Source: a virus
Lineage: Duplodnaviria; Caudoviricetes
Length of the DNA: 64,000 nt
Reading direction: 5' to 3' (one strand)
IMG/VR virus record: IMGVR_UViG_3300029288_004596
Span: 128,001-192,000 of that record
Shown: piece after piece, positions 53,286-62,369 of the stretch
How positions within the stretch are numbered: position 1 is the stretch's first letter
How the letters are laid out: every line of letters begins with the position of its first letter
Position numbers and translations under genes: made by a program
The notes under the pieces: model-generated
Database searches by the model: none
Told to the model about the DNA's origin: nothing
Seen by the model: only the letters and a program-made list of their open reading frames with translations

Positions 53286-54728
53286 ATGGATTCTCCATAC
53301 AGGTTTGAGACGTGCCCTTATTGCTGGGGACGCGGCAAGATTATTGGTTCCACTACTTCAGCCACATACAGTATTCACCCCAGCCTATATATTCAGTGTG
53401 GTCATTGCCAAGGCTCGGGACAAGTTTTAGTCAGAAGTTCTGAGGATGACTATGAGGAATGAAGGTTTTCTTTACAGGTTTAATGAGAACTCTGTGAAGT
53501 GCTCTTACTGTGGAGGGGAAGGTTATCTTAACCCAGCATATAAAGCTGTCATTGGGAATATGAAACCTGTGGATATTCCATGCCCAATGTGCTGTGGCAG
53601 CGGGTGGATTAACTTGGAGGAGGAGACGCTCCATGGCAATTATGAAGAGTAAGGTTTGTCCTAGATGCTATGGCACAGGATCTGGCTATACAAGCGTTTC
53701 TACCACTATCTCTACTACCGCTGGCACAACATGCACCTTTGGACCAACGATCTGTCCTCTATGCGAAGGGGATGGAGTTATATATGTTAAGGACGCTAAG
53801 CTAGGTAATGTAGTTACTGTAGTTGAAGAAGAGAACTATGAGGAGTGAGCCTGTCAAGTGCCCCAACTGTCATGGGATGGGAGTAAAGATAGTGAACTTC
53901 AAGGTTCTTAAAGACTTATTAGAAGGAAAAATAAAACCTCCTCCAGGATCTGAGTTATTTAAGAAGTGTGAAGAGTGTGACGGTTCTGGGATCATGAATA
54001 TAAACCATAGCTGGGAGGAGTAGCCATGAAGGCCAAGAAATGTCCTATCTGCCAAGGGACCAAGGTAATCTTTGGCTACGTGGCCACAAGCATTTACTCT
54101 GTGGATTTTACCGTCTCCCCTGTATCTATTGGAACTGCTTCCATTCAACGCCCTTGCTCCTTCTGCGAGGGGATTGGAGAGGTGTATGTCCTGTCTAAGG
54201 ACGAGAGCTATGAAGAGTAGGTGTCCAGCCTGCGATGGAACTGGCATATCTGTGGTTAATGAAGACGCCTTGGAGAATTTGTTCACTGGCAAACCTGTGT
54301 CTAGGGATGTCACTATATTTGAGAAGTGTCCGGTCTGCAATGGCTCTGGGGATGCCGAGGAATACAACTGGGAGGAATAGTCCTATGAGGAGTGAAAAGT
54401 GCCCCAGATGTGGAGGCAGAGGAATAATCCTAGAAAAAGGTTATGTTAACGATTATATTATCTACTCCACCACTGTATCTTATACCTCCTGGACCTGCAT
54501 GGAGTGCAAGGGAACTGGACATATTCAGGTGGAGGAAGAGGATTGGGAGGAGTAGTTTTCAGAGCATGCCCAGCCTGCGGAGGTTCTGGAATAGCTTGCC
54601 AGTATGACTCAGATAAGCGCTTCACTAATATTATACAGTGTCCATACTGTAGTGGTTTCGGCAATATTATAATAGAAGGCATCAAGGATATGGTTGAGAT
54701 TTCTAAGGAGGAGAACTGGGAGGAATAA
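53286..54728 (+). repeat. Tandem array D (8 CDS, DnaJ-type CxxCxGxG zinc-finger mini-proteins, ..EE tail)
   Basis: CDS 53286-53462, 53452-53652, 53642-53848, 53838-54023, 54026-54220, 54210-54380, 54385-54555, ~54543-54728; two CxxCxGx[GK] motifs each; all end [YW]EE. Confidence 0.88.
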
Positions 54729-55099
54729 TGTTTCTAGTGATGGCGTACAGGTGGGGGATTATTAATGAACACCATTATATAGTAGGCCTCTTCTCCAACA
54801 AGGAGATAGCCATGGATCAAGCCAAGGATCATGTAGGCTACAGAGGAGGGAAGTACTCTTGTGTAGTTTATGATATAATCCCTGATATAGATTTATCCCA
54901 GGCGGACAGGGTATATGAGCAGATTGGCTACTTTGGAATCTATAAGGAAGACACTAAACTGGACTACAGCGAGGTGGACTTGCAGGCTACAGGCATAGGG
55001 TATGAGATCCTGCGTAGCGAAGAGGATAAACCTTTGTGGTTGATTAGTATTATACAGAAGGTGAAAGAGCGTGTCAGTCTCAGACTTAGAGGTCTATGA
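54728..55099 (+). CDS. Hypothetical phage protein
   Basis: AYRWG...H.Y.VG.FS...A...RGGKY pattern. Confidence 0.6.
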   Translation: MFLVMAYRWGIINEHHYIVGLFSNKEIAMDQAKDHVGYRGGKYSCVVYDIIPDIDLSQADRVYEQIGYFGIYKEDTKLDYSEVDLQATGIGYEILRSEEDKPLWLISIIQKVKERVSLRLRGL

Positions 55100-55391
55100 T
55101 TTTCTCTCCAGGGATTCTTATTGTTGTATTCCTAATGGATGGAGAGAACTGGTAGGAGAGATGTACAGGAGACTCCTGCAGCTGGACCCGGATGTCAATA
55201 TGCTGGAGGTCAAGGAGAAGTTTGGGATACTCAGGATTGTAGTCACAGGTTCTGAAGTAAACACTGATTATATAACAGATATGTATGAGAATATATCCAG
55301 GAGGACCTGCTCTGTCTGCGGTAAACCAGGGAAACTTACCAGTAGATCAGGCTGGTATATAACTATTTGTGAGGAGTGTGAAAGACCATGA
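55071..55391 (+). CDS. Conserved phage protein with C-terminal Zn ribbon
   Basis: GW..LV...VKEKFG.LR...S..TCSVCGKPG...GW..T.C..C. Confidence 0.7.
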   Translation: MSVSDLEVYDFLSRDSYCCIPNGWRELVGEMYRRLLQLDPDVNMLEVKEKFGILRIVVTGSEVNTDYITDMYENISRRTCSVCGKPGKLTSRSGWYITICEECERP

Positions 55392-55987
55392 GTCATGCCA
55401 CGTGCCTTGTCATTGTGCCGGAGGATACTGAGGATGTCCAGCTTGCGGCGGAAGAGTTAATGGAGTCTTACTGGGAGGAGCTGGAAGTGGAGTCTCACCT
55501 AGATGAGTGCTGGTGTCTTGGTTCCCTGGCTAGGGATAGGATGTACAAGGAAGCTGAAGCTCTCCCCTTTAACGATAATGCCACTAAGTGGGATTGGGTG
55601 CAGGAACATCTGGCTGAAGCCGTGGATAAGGACTGGCCTGATCCAGAGTGTGACAACTGCCATGGGGTGGGACGTTACATGTCCACTAGCAACCCCGATG
55701 GGAAGTGGGACTGGTTCACCATAGGAGGCAGATGGGCTGGAGCGCTTTATGACAAAGAGGGCGAACAGTTTGATGAAAACCTAGGGGCAAATTCCAGGAA
55801 GGTCTCTGAGATAACCACTAGGATATTTCATTCAGTGATCACCCCTGATGGAGAGTGGCACGAGAGCGCTACTCTTGGATGGTTTGGCATAACCAGGAAT
55901 GAGAATACTTCCTGGGATGAAGAACTTGAGAGTATACTAAAAGAGTACAAGGATTGCATAGGAGTCCTAGTGGACTTCCACTGCTGA
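55388..55987 (+). CDS. Conserved phage protein
   Basis: MSH...LV...NPDGKWDW..IGGRW.G...VITPDGEWHE...GWFG...VDFH. Confidence 0.7.
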   Translation: MSHATCLVIVPEDTEDVQLAAEELMESYWEELEVESHLDECWCLGSLARDRMYKEAEALPFNDNATKWDWVQEHLAEAVDKDWPDPECDNCHGVGRYMSTSNPDGKWDWFTIGGRWAGALYDKEGEQFDENLGANSRKVSEITTRIFHSVITPDGEWHESATLGWFGITRNENTSWDEELESILKEYKDCIGVLVDFHC

Positions 55988-55996
55988 GGAGGATAT

Positions 55997-56431
55997 ATGA
56001 ATATAGCTAAGGCCATGAAGGTCAAGAATAGAAACGTAGCCAGAATCAAGAAGATCCTAGGGGATGTCCAGAAGTGGAACTCCGTGAGAGTTGGAGAAGA
56101 CGTCCCTGTGGATGTGACTAGTCTCTGGAAAGATCTTAAGATAGAGATAGACAACCTCATAGAGATTAAGACCAAGATAGCCAAGGCCACTGATCCTATA
56201 AGGGATAAGCTTATAAGGCTTGCCGAACTAAAGTCTTTCATCAGTCTCATCTCTTACCTGGATACTACTTCAGGCAAGATCTATAAGAGGAAGTCCTCTA
56301 CAGATGAGGTCCCTGAGTATGCGGCTGCTATTTCAGCCACAGAACTCAATGGGACTATAGAGGCTCTTCAGAAAGGCATTGATAGTCTTCAGGATGACAT
56401 AGATGAATTCAATGCTAAGACCAGTCTTTAA
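55997..56431 (+). CDS. Helical/coiled-coil protein (DIP1984-like pattern)
   Basis: MNIAKA.K.KNR...L..IKT.I..A...LAELK...ID.LQD.ID.FNA.T. Confidence 0.55.
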   Translation: MNIAKAMKVKNRNVARIKKILGDVQKWNSVRVGEDVPVDVTSLWKDLKIEIDNLIEIKTKIAKATDPIRDKLIRLAELKSFISLISYLDTTSGKIYKRKSSTDEVPEYAAAISATELNGTIEALQKGIDSLQDDIDEFNAKTSL

Positions 56432-56670
56432 GCAGAACTAAAAACTCTGCCTGAGCAGGGGTCAAGTTTTTCTTGACTCCTGGGGTGTGCGGTTGGGTCA
56501 TTAGGTGTTGAAACCACCTTGGATCGTCGGTTACTTTATAGTGGCTGATGCTTATCAGGATGCTTCAGGATTCCGATCCTTTAAAGTTCAAAGCTTATAT
56601 AATGGAGCTCCTATTAAAAGGCATAGGCTGATTCCTTAAACCTTGGCTGACTCAACCCACCCCAAACTTC
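56432..56670 (+). ncRNA. Candidate structured ncRNA
   Basis: Non-coding gap with hairpin CAGGGGGTCAAG/CTTGACTCCTG and long-range stem GGGGTG..GGTTGGGTCA (56482-56500) / TGACTCAACCCACCCC (56648-56663) enclosing further hairpins. Confidence 0.55.
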
Positions 56671-56680
56671 GGGAGATAAT

Positions 56681-57888
56681 ATGGATCCTGGAACTGTTGT
56701 GAATACTATAGATAAGATGCTAGAAGGCACTGGATTCATAGCCAGAATAGCTATGAACGATTTCAAGAATGTCAATATCAGGTACATGTTTGGGGAGGAA
56801 GTTGATAGACCCTTGGTTGGAACCATAGATACGCGGAACGTTGAGTATAGAAGCATGGATAATATTATAGCAACTGTCAAGGAGATGACCTCCTCTTACT
56901 TGTGGAAAGAAATGAAGAAACTCTTGGATAGGCAGTCTGTTATAGACTCTAAGTTTTCTGGCGAAGATTATGAGGAATAGCCATGGACTATAGTTTTGTG
57001 ACCACAGTCCTGAATGTCGGGATGGAAGACTCCGGCTTCTACACCAGGATATTAAAAGACCACCCAGAGATTATAACTATCAGGCATAGGTTTGGACTTC
57101 CTAATGAAACCTGTCATGTAGGGTCTCTTAATGTACTGCACTTTGTGACTGGAATAGATGATATAAATATTACTGACATGGCGAACCAAGTTAAGTTGCT
57201 CATAGATAACTACCTGTCCTCTAAGATATTGGATCTCCAGCTTACCAGGGCTGGGTTTGACTATGCGCTTACTGAGGGGACTGAAAACTACGAGGAGTAG
57301 TCATGGCTTACACTATGGAGCTGGAAGAACATGCGGCTATGGCTTACAAAGTAAGCTGCAGTCTCCATGATGAGGGGTATCCTTTTTCAGTTTACTGGAT
57401 TGATAGCAAGGAGAGTTTCTGTGTGGAGGGTATCCCTATCTTCGAGACTACTAGAATATCCTTGGGAAGTGATATTCCTAACTATGATCTCATTAAGTCC
57501 ATGGCTATAACTTCTGTGGAGAGATACCTTGAATCTAAGAAAGACGATATCATCAGACTCCTGTATCTCTATGGAGGGTACACTCTTGAAGAATGACCCT
57601 AGAGAAGTGGCTAGGCTCTGCACCTACAGTATAGCCCGGCACCATAAGCATAAGCTTTATGTGCAGTGGGATATAAGCAGACAGCAGTACTTCGTGGATC
57701 ACCTCCCTATATTTAGCAATGTAAATTTGTACATAACCACTCTAGACAGCCCAGATGTGTCTGTGGCTACTCTCACAGGAGAAGTTATGGAAGCGGTCTC
57801 TCGTTTCCTGTATAACCAGTCCAAGAAGCTCGCAGAAGTTCTCCTGGACTATCCCCATGAGGATTGGGTATCCTATTGGGAAAAGTAG
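56681..57888 (+). repeat. Group E (4 small CDS with EE-type tail)
   Basis: CDS 56681-56980 (DYEE), 56983-57300 (NYEE), 57303-57596 (TLEE), 57586-57888 (YWEK); pairwise similarity (IR..FG...VG; PIF). Confidence 0.7.
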
Positions 57889-57899
57889 AAGGGAAATCA

Positions 57900-58274
57900 A
57901 TGGAAAAATTTAAGAGTGAACGTCGCGCTGGCGTTCCAAGAAAGGTATATCCAGTGCAGCTGATAAAGAGCAGAGTCCTCTATATGAAGGGGGATGTTCT
58001 GGAAAAGGTTGGACTGCATAAGTCCAATATGGTAGATTTGTACTATGATTCTGAGAAGTCGGAGATAGGGTTGAAGTCAATCCCAGAGTCTCAGGCTTCT
58101 AAGGGATCCAGGAAACTGGCTCTCTCAGGCAGAAGTAAACAACTGAGTCTTGGTGGGGTGCTTAAGTGCGCTAATCTCAATCCTCCTCCTGGGGAGTACG
58201 GCATGTACTACAGGAAAGGAAAGGCTATAGTTGACTTCGGAAACTATCTGGAGACGGAAGATGACAAGAACTGA
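57900..58274 (+). CDS. Hypothetical basic protein
   Basis: ORF with V.L.YD....IGL pattern. Confidence 0.55.
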   Translation: MEKFKSERRAGVPRKVYPVQLIKSRVLYMKGDVLEKVGLHKSNMVDLYYDSEKSEIGLKSIPESQASKGSRKLALSGRSKQLSLGGVLKCANLNPPPGEYGMYYRKGKAIVDFGNYLETEDDKN

Positions 58275-58773
58275 AGTGGGAGCCCTGCTGAGTCCAGCAG
58301 TAGACTCCCTGAAGAAGGCGAGCGATTCTATTAAGTTGCATGTGGTATCCTCTTTCCCTGAAGTCAAGGAATATGAGAGGCTCAGAGAAGCTATGGGTTG
58401 CCTTTCAGCTATGGAAGACAGCCTGAAGACTGTGTTCACTATCCTCTCTGACGAAGAGGGTCAGGTGGAGGATCCCCTGCACTACAAGAACCTGGAGACT
58501 GTAATACTTAAGGTCTTAGAAAGTTCCGGGGGAACCATGGCTAGACCGAAGGTTCATGAGGCCATCTGGAGCAAATATAGCGACTATATTACTCCAGAGC
58601 ACCATGCTCTTTTCAAGGATAGAAAGACTAAGCGCTTGGATTCCCTTATAGACTTTGCCAGGAACTCCTTGAAAGACAAAGGATTAATAGAAACTGTAAG
58701 CAACTCAGCTATTGGAGTGTGGAAGATCTCCAGCGCTGGCAGAAGGTGGTTGAGAGAAAATGAAGGTAACTGA
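58261..58773 (+). CDS. Winged-helix protein (Mrr N-terminal-like)
   Basis: ILKVL...GG...IDFARNSLKDKGLIE...GVWKIS.AG. Confidence 0.65.
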   Translation: MTRTEVGALLSPAVDSLKKASDSIKLHVVSSFPEVKEYERLREAMGCLSAMEDSLKTVFTILSDEEGQVEDPLHYKNLETVILKVLESSGGTMARPKVHEAIWSKYSDYITPEHHALFKDRKTKRLDSLIDFARNSLKDKGLIETVSNSAIGVWKISSAGRRWLRENEGN

Positions 58774-59020
58774 AGATCTGGTTAATAAGTTTGGCCTGCC
58801 GCAAGCGGCTTGCGGGGGCTACTTCAGACTCCACTATGAGAGAGTCGAAGGGACCAATCTCCTGACTGGAAACGCCAAGGCGGAGCTCAAACTCCCCGAT
58901 GGCAGGGTATACCAGGCGGAGAGCAAACTGAACCCCAAGGATAAGAATAGGTTCTCTAAGGAGATAGCTAGGCATATCCTTGTGGGCAGACTCAATAAAC
59001 AGGTTGAGTCTATAATATAG
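58760..59020 (+). CDS. Hypothetical phage protein
   Basis: S..NPKD.N.F.K.I.R.I..GR pattern. Confidence 0.55.
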   Translation: MKVTEDLVNKFGLPQAACGGYFRLHYERVEGTNLLTGNAKAELKLPDGRVYQAESKLNPKDKNRFSKEIARHILVGRLNKQVESII

Positions 59021-59067
59021 TAGGGGCTATTAAACCCCCAGTATAACAGGGAAAGGAATAGAGACTA

Positions 59068-59547
59068 ATGCTAAAGGCATCAACCCTAGTACAGTCTGTA
59101 CTTTTGGCAGTAGCGCTTTTTGCTATGGCTAAAGACTGTGACAGGAGTAGGCCCCAACCAAGGTCAGTAAAGCCTGCTGTAGTTAGGAGCACAACCCCCA
59201 AGAAGGTTGCTCCTAAGAAACTAGTAGCTAAAAGTGGGTGGCGCCAAGGGGTTGTGACCACTTATCACGACAAGTTCAATGGCAGGCATGCTTCTGATGG
59301 CTCTGTATTCTTACAGAGTAAAAGAACTGTAGCCTGTTGGAGTGGTAAGCTAGGATCTAAGATAGAGATAGTCTACAATGGTAGACATAGATCCGTGGTT
59401 AAACTCACTGATAGGGGAGGAAATCTCCATAGACAAGATAGATGGCACTTTGATGTCTCAAGAAGAGTGGCTCTCGACCTTGGCTTATACAAAGTAGATA
59501 AGTATGGTCACACTGTTAGAACTGTGAGATGGAGGTTCATTAAGTAG
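59068..59547 (+). CDS. RlpA-like double-psi beta-barrel (lytic transglycosylase-like) protein
   Basis: Signal peptide; G..T.Y...F.GR.ASDG..F...TVA...V.LTDRG...FDVS...A..LG. Confidence 0.78.
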   Translation: MLKASTLVQSVLLAVALFAMAKDCDRSRPQPRSVKPAVVRSTTPKKVAPKKLVAKSGWRQGVVTTYHDKFNGRHASDGSVFLQSKRTVACWSGKLGSKIEIVYNGRHRSVVKLTDRGGNLHRQDRWHFDVSRRVALDLGLYKVDKYGHTVRTVRWRFIK

Positions 59548-59565
59548 CCAAACCTTAAGTATCCA

Positions 59566-59574
59566 TGCTATAAT
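59566..59574 (+). promoter_or_regulatory. Extended -10 promoter element
   Basis: TGCTATAAT, intergenic; upstream AACCTTA shared with the 45240 promoter. Confidence 0.55.
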
Positions 59575-59624
59575 ATAAGTAGAGCTAGTAAGTTCTACTG
59601 TGTTGTGGCAGTATACTAAACAAG

Positions 59625-59670
59625 AGTGCCCTGGTTCTAGGTTCCCACAACAGCCTAGTTCTGGGGCACT
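59625..59670 (+). promoter_or_regulatory. Leader hairpin upstream of endonuclease gene
   Basis: AGTGCCCTGG..CTAGGTT / AGCCTAG..CTGGGGCACT inverted repeat. Confidence 0.55.
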
Positions 59671-59689
59671 AATAGTTTGTAGGTAAGGT

Positions 59690-60508
59690 TTGGAGACTAA
59701 TAAAGAAGTATATCCAGTATCGCCGGAAGGATATAAGAGATGTAGTAAGTGTAAGGAGATAAAGTTATTAACAGAGTTTTATAAAGACTCTCATAAGAAG
59801 AGTGGATATGACAGTCAATGTAAGTATTGTGATTCAATATCCCATGGTTACACTCCAAAAGTGTATAGAGATGATATACCTAGTGGATATAAATTATGTT
59901 CTAGTTGTAGCACTATTAAACCTGTAACGGATTTTTATAAATGCGCCAAAGAAAAGGATGGACTTAATTATACATGTAAGGCTTGTTCATCTGAGTGGAG
60001 GAAAAAGTACTATGCTGAGAACATAGAAAAAGAAAGAGAGAGGAGCAGGGTTGGCGGTAAGAGATTAAGAGCTAAGTATAGCGCTATTCAGTTTGAGTTT
60101 GGGGACACTAAAGTGTGTACAAGATGTGGAGAGGAAAAGCCGTACTTAGAATTCAATAAGAACTCCGGGAATAAGTCTGGGCTGTCTAGTTATTGTAAGG
60201 AATGTATTAGTAAACACAATAAAAAGGCTTGGAAGTCTGGGATTATTAGTAGAGATACTAGATGGAGAAGAGCAGGTATTAATATGACAGAGGAGTTATA
60301 TGATGCTATATTAACTCAGCAGGAGGGAGTATGTGCCATTTGTGGGGCTGTTCCAAATGGTATTGCCCTGAGCGTAGACCATGACCATGAGACTGGTAAA
60401 GTTAGAGGACTTCTTTGCCATCAGTGTAATCTTATGTTGGGCAATGCCAAGGATGATATGGAGACACTCCAGAAGGGAATTGAGTACTTGGAAAGGTGGA
60501 AAGGGTGA
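59690..60508 (+). CDS. Endonuclease VII-family His-Me nuclease with three N-terminal Zn-binding repeats
   Basis: Q.G.CAIC...L.VDHDHETGKVRGLLC..CN..LG; three K.C..C...K....F.K.....G....CK.C repeats. Confidence 0.88.
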   Translation: METNKEVYPVSPEGYKRCSKCKEIKLLTEFYKDSHKKSGYDSQCKYCDSISHGYTPKVYRDDIPSGYKLCSSCSTIKPVTDFYKCAKEKDGLNYTCKACSSEWRKKYYAENIEKERERSRVGGKRLRAKYSAIQFEFGDTKVCTRCGEEKPYLEFNKNSGNKSGLSSYCKECISKHNKKAWKSGIISRDTRWRRAGINMTEELYDAILTQQEGVCAICGAVPNGIALSVDHDHETGKVRGLLCHQCNLMLGNAKDDMETLQKGIEYLERWKG

Positions 60509-60640
60509 AGAAGAAACTGTTAGTTCTTTTGGACAGGATATACTATGGGTATATTGAGGATGCCATACCAAACACAATAGCCATTATTGTTGGTGGTATA
60601 ATACTACTTTTCATCACCAGATACTTATGACAGGTGTATT

Positions 60641-60859
60641 ATGTTCTATAAGATAATCGCTTTTGGAATAACTCTAGCTATTATGTCTAGAGCAATGAGG
60701 GACAATATGTTACGTGATAGAAGAAATGACAGGGATCTCACCTTAGAGGAAAGACTAGAGAGACTAGAAAGAGAAAATAAAGAACTAAGGGATGAGATTA
60801 GAAGAGTAGACAGGAGTATACCTAGCGAGCACCCAGAGTCTTATGGTCCTTGGGAATAG
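60641..60859 (+). CDS. Small membrane-anchored coiled-coil protein
   Basis: N-terminal hydrophobic helix then LEERLERLERENKEL. Confidence 0.55.
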   Translation: MFYKIIAFGITLAIMSRAMRDNMLRDRRNDRDLTLEERLERLERENKELRDEIRRVDRSIPSEHPESYGPWE

Positions 60860-60944
60860 ATGTATACAGATAAACAATTTTATAAGGACATAAAGAAACA
60901 CAGAAAGAAACTCAACAAGATGATTAGGAAGGCTGTGAAAGACC

Positions 60945-61157
60945 ATGAAGCTGGGAAAACTCGGAGGTTTCCTAAACCCTAAGGTCGTGGAGTTTGTCAA
61001 GGTCCCTGGGTTCTGCAAGGACTGCGACTGCAGGATAGTGAGATATGAGAGCGGCTCAGGGTATTGCGTAGTGACCCATAGGTATGTGGCCCCAGATAAT
61101 TTCTGCGACTCCTTTAAAGAGGTCCTCCCGCCCTGCGCATTTGACGAGGATTTATGA
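60945..61157 (+). CDS. Small Cys-rich protein
   Basis: CKDC...GYC...FC.SF. Confidence 0.5.
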   Translation: MKLGKLGGFLNPKVVEFVKVPGFCKDCDCRIVRYESGSGYCVVTHRYVAPDNFCDSFKEVLPPCAFDEDL

Positions 61158-61163
61158 TATAAT
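61155..61163 (+). promoter_or_regulatory. Extended -10 promoter element upstream of recA
   Basis: TGATATAAT. Confidence 0.5.
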
Positions 61164-61238
61164 AGTAATGGGATTTGTGTTTCATTCTTCCGATATTGCC
61201 AGGTCAAACCTGGCTCTTTTTTTCCCAAGGAGGGTCTA

Positions 61239-62369
61239 ATGACCAAGTTAGAAGAAGCCCAGAAAGTGATGGATAAGCTTAACAGAAAAAGAAAAGCCGC
61301 TTATCCCAATGACCCTAGGCCGGCTGTATTTATAGCTGGGCAAAGAAGAGACCTGCTGGATAAGATGATCATCCCATCTAATAACGAGACTATTAATAGA
61401 CTGCTCCATGGAGGATTCAAGAAGGGTTTGTTGCATCTCTTTTATGGGAATCCAAACTGTGGCAAATCCTCCGCCGCTTATGAACTCATAGCTTCGGCTC
61501 AGCAGAGGGGACTTCAATGTCTCCTTATACATACGGAGTCTGTCTTCCCAGCGGCTCAGGCTGAAGAGCTGGGAGTGAACATGGATGAACTTATCCTTGT
61601 GCAAGGGCTAACCTCAGGTGAGGAGTGCATGAATATAGTCTTTGATCTTTTGTATGACAAGGAGAAGGGATGCCCCAGGGACGCTGTGGACCTAGTGGTG
61701 ATAGATTCAGTAGCTGCTCTGGTTCCAGAGTACAGCGCCAAGAAGCAGGATAAGGATGGTTTTGAAGCTGAAGAGATGGGAACTCACGCCAAGATGGTCA
61801 CCAGGATAGTCAATAGACTGTTTGGCACAGGAGCTTCCACTAACGCTGCGGTGGTGGCTATAAATCAGGTGAGGGATAATGTAAGCTCCTATGGGGGTGG
61901 AACCACTCAGGGTGGCGGACATGCTCTTAAGCACATGGCCAAGGTCATCATGAAGTTTACCGCTCCAGCCGCTGGAAAAATCTTGGATGGCAAGAAAAGA
62001 ATAGGGCATATGGTCCATGTGCTGGTGGAGAAAAACTCGGCTGGTCTAGGAGGACATCCTGGAGAAGAGGCTGAGTATGCTGTCATCTACCATGAGGGTT
62101 CAGATAATCTGCAGCCTATGATAGACGCGGCTCTCAACGATGAGCTGATAGTGGAAACCTCTTCCTCCAGATATGTGATACTGCCTACCCACCCTGAGCT
62201 CATGCAGTCTTTCAACGTGTGGGGGGATGACTCCCCTCTCAAGATTCATGGGATGGCCAACTTAAAGACTATAGTGAAAGAAAGTGAAATCATAAAGATA
62301 TTGTATGAGGTTTACCATGAGGGTAAGCCTTTAGAGGAGGTCCTAGCGGCCTATGAGTCTGAAATCTAG
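61239..62369 (+). CDS. recA: RecA/UvsX-family recombinase
   Basis: Walker A GNPNCGKS, VVIDSVAALVP, INQVR, GGHALKH, VEKN. Confidence 0.88.
   Translation: MTKLEEAQKVMDKLNRKRKAAYPNDPRPAVFIAGQRRDLLDKMIIPSNNETINRLLHGGFKKGLLHLFYGNPNCGKSSAAYELIASAQQRGLQCLLIHTESVFPAAQAEELGVNMDELILVQGLTSGEECMNIVFDLLYDKEKGCPRDAVDLVVIDSVAALVPEYSAKKQDKDGFEAEEMGTHAKMVTRIVNRLFGTGASTNAAVVAINQVRDNVSSYGGGTTQGGGHALKHMAKVIMKFTAPAAGKILDGKKRIGHMVHVLVEKNSAGLGGHPGEEAEYAVIYHEGSDNLQPMIDAALNDELIVETSSSRYVILPTHPELMQSFNVWGDDSPLKIHGMANLKTIVKESEIIKILYEVYHEGKPLEEVLAAYESEI

Noticed and set aside
53286-54728. Fragmented dnaJ gene
   Set aside because: No J domain, HPD motif or C-terminal domain; each unit has its own tail and stop
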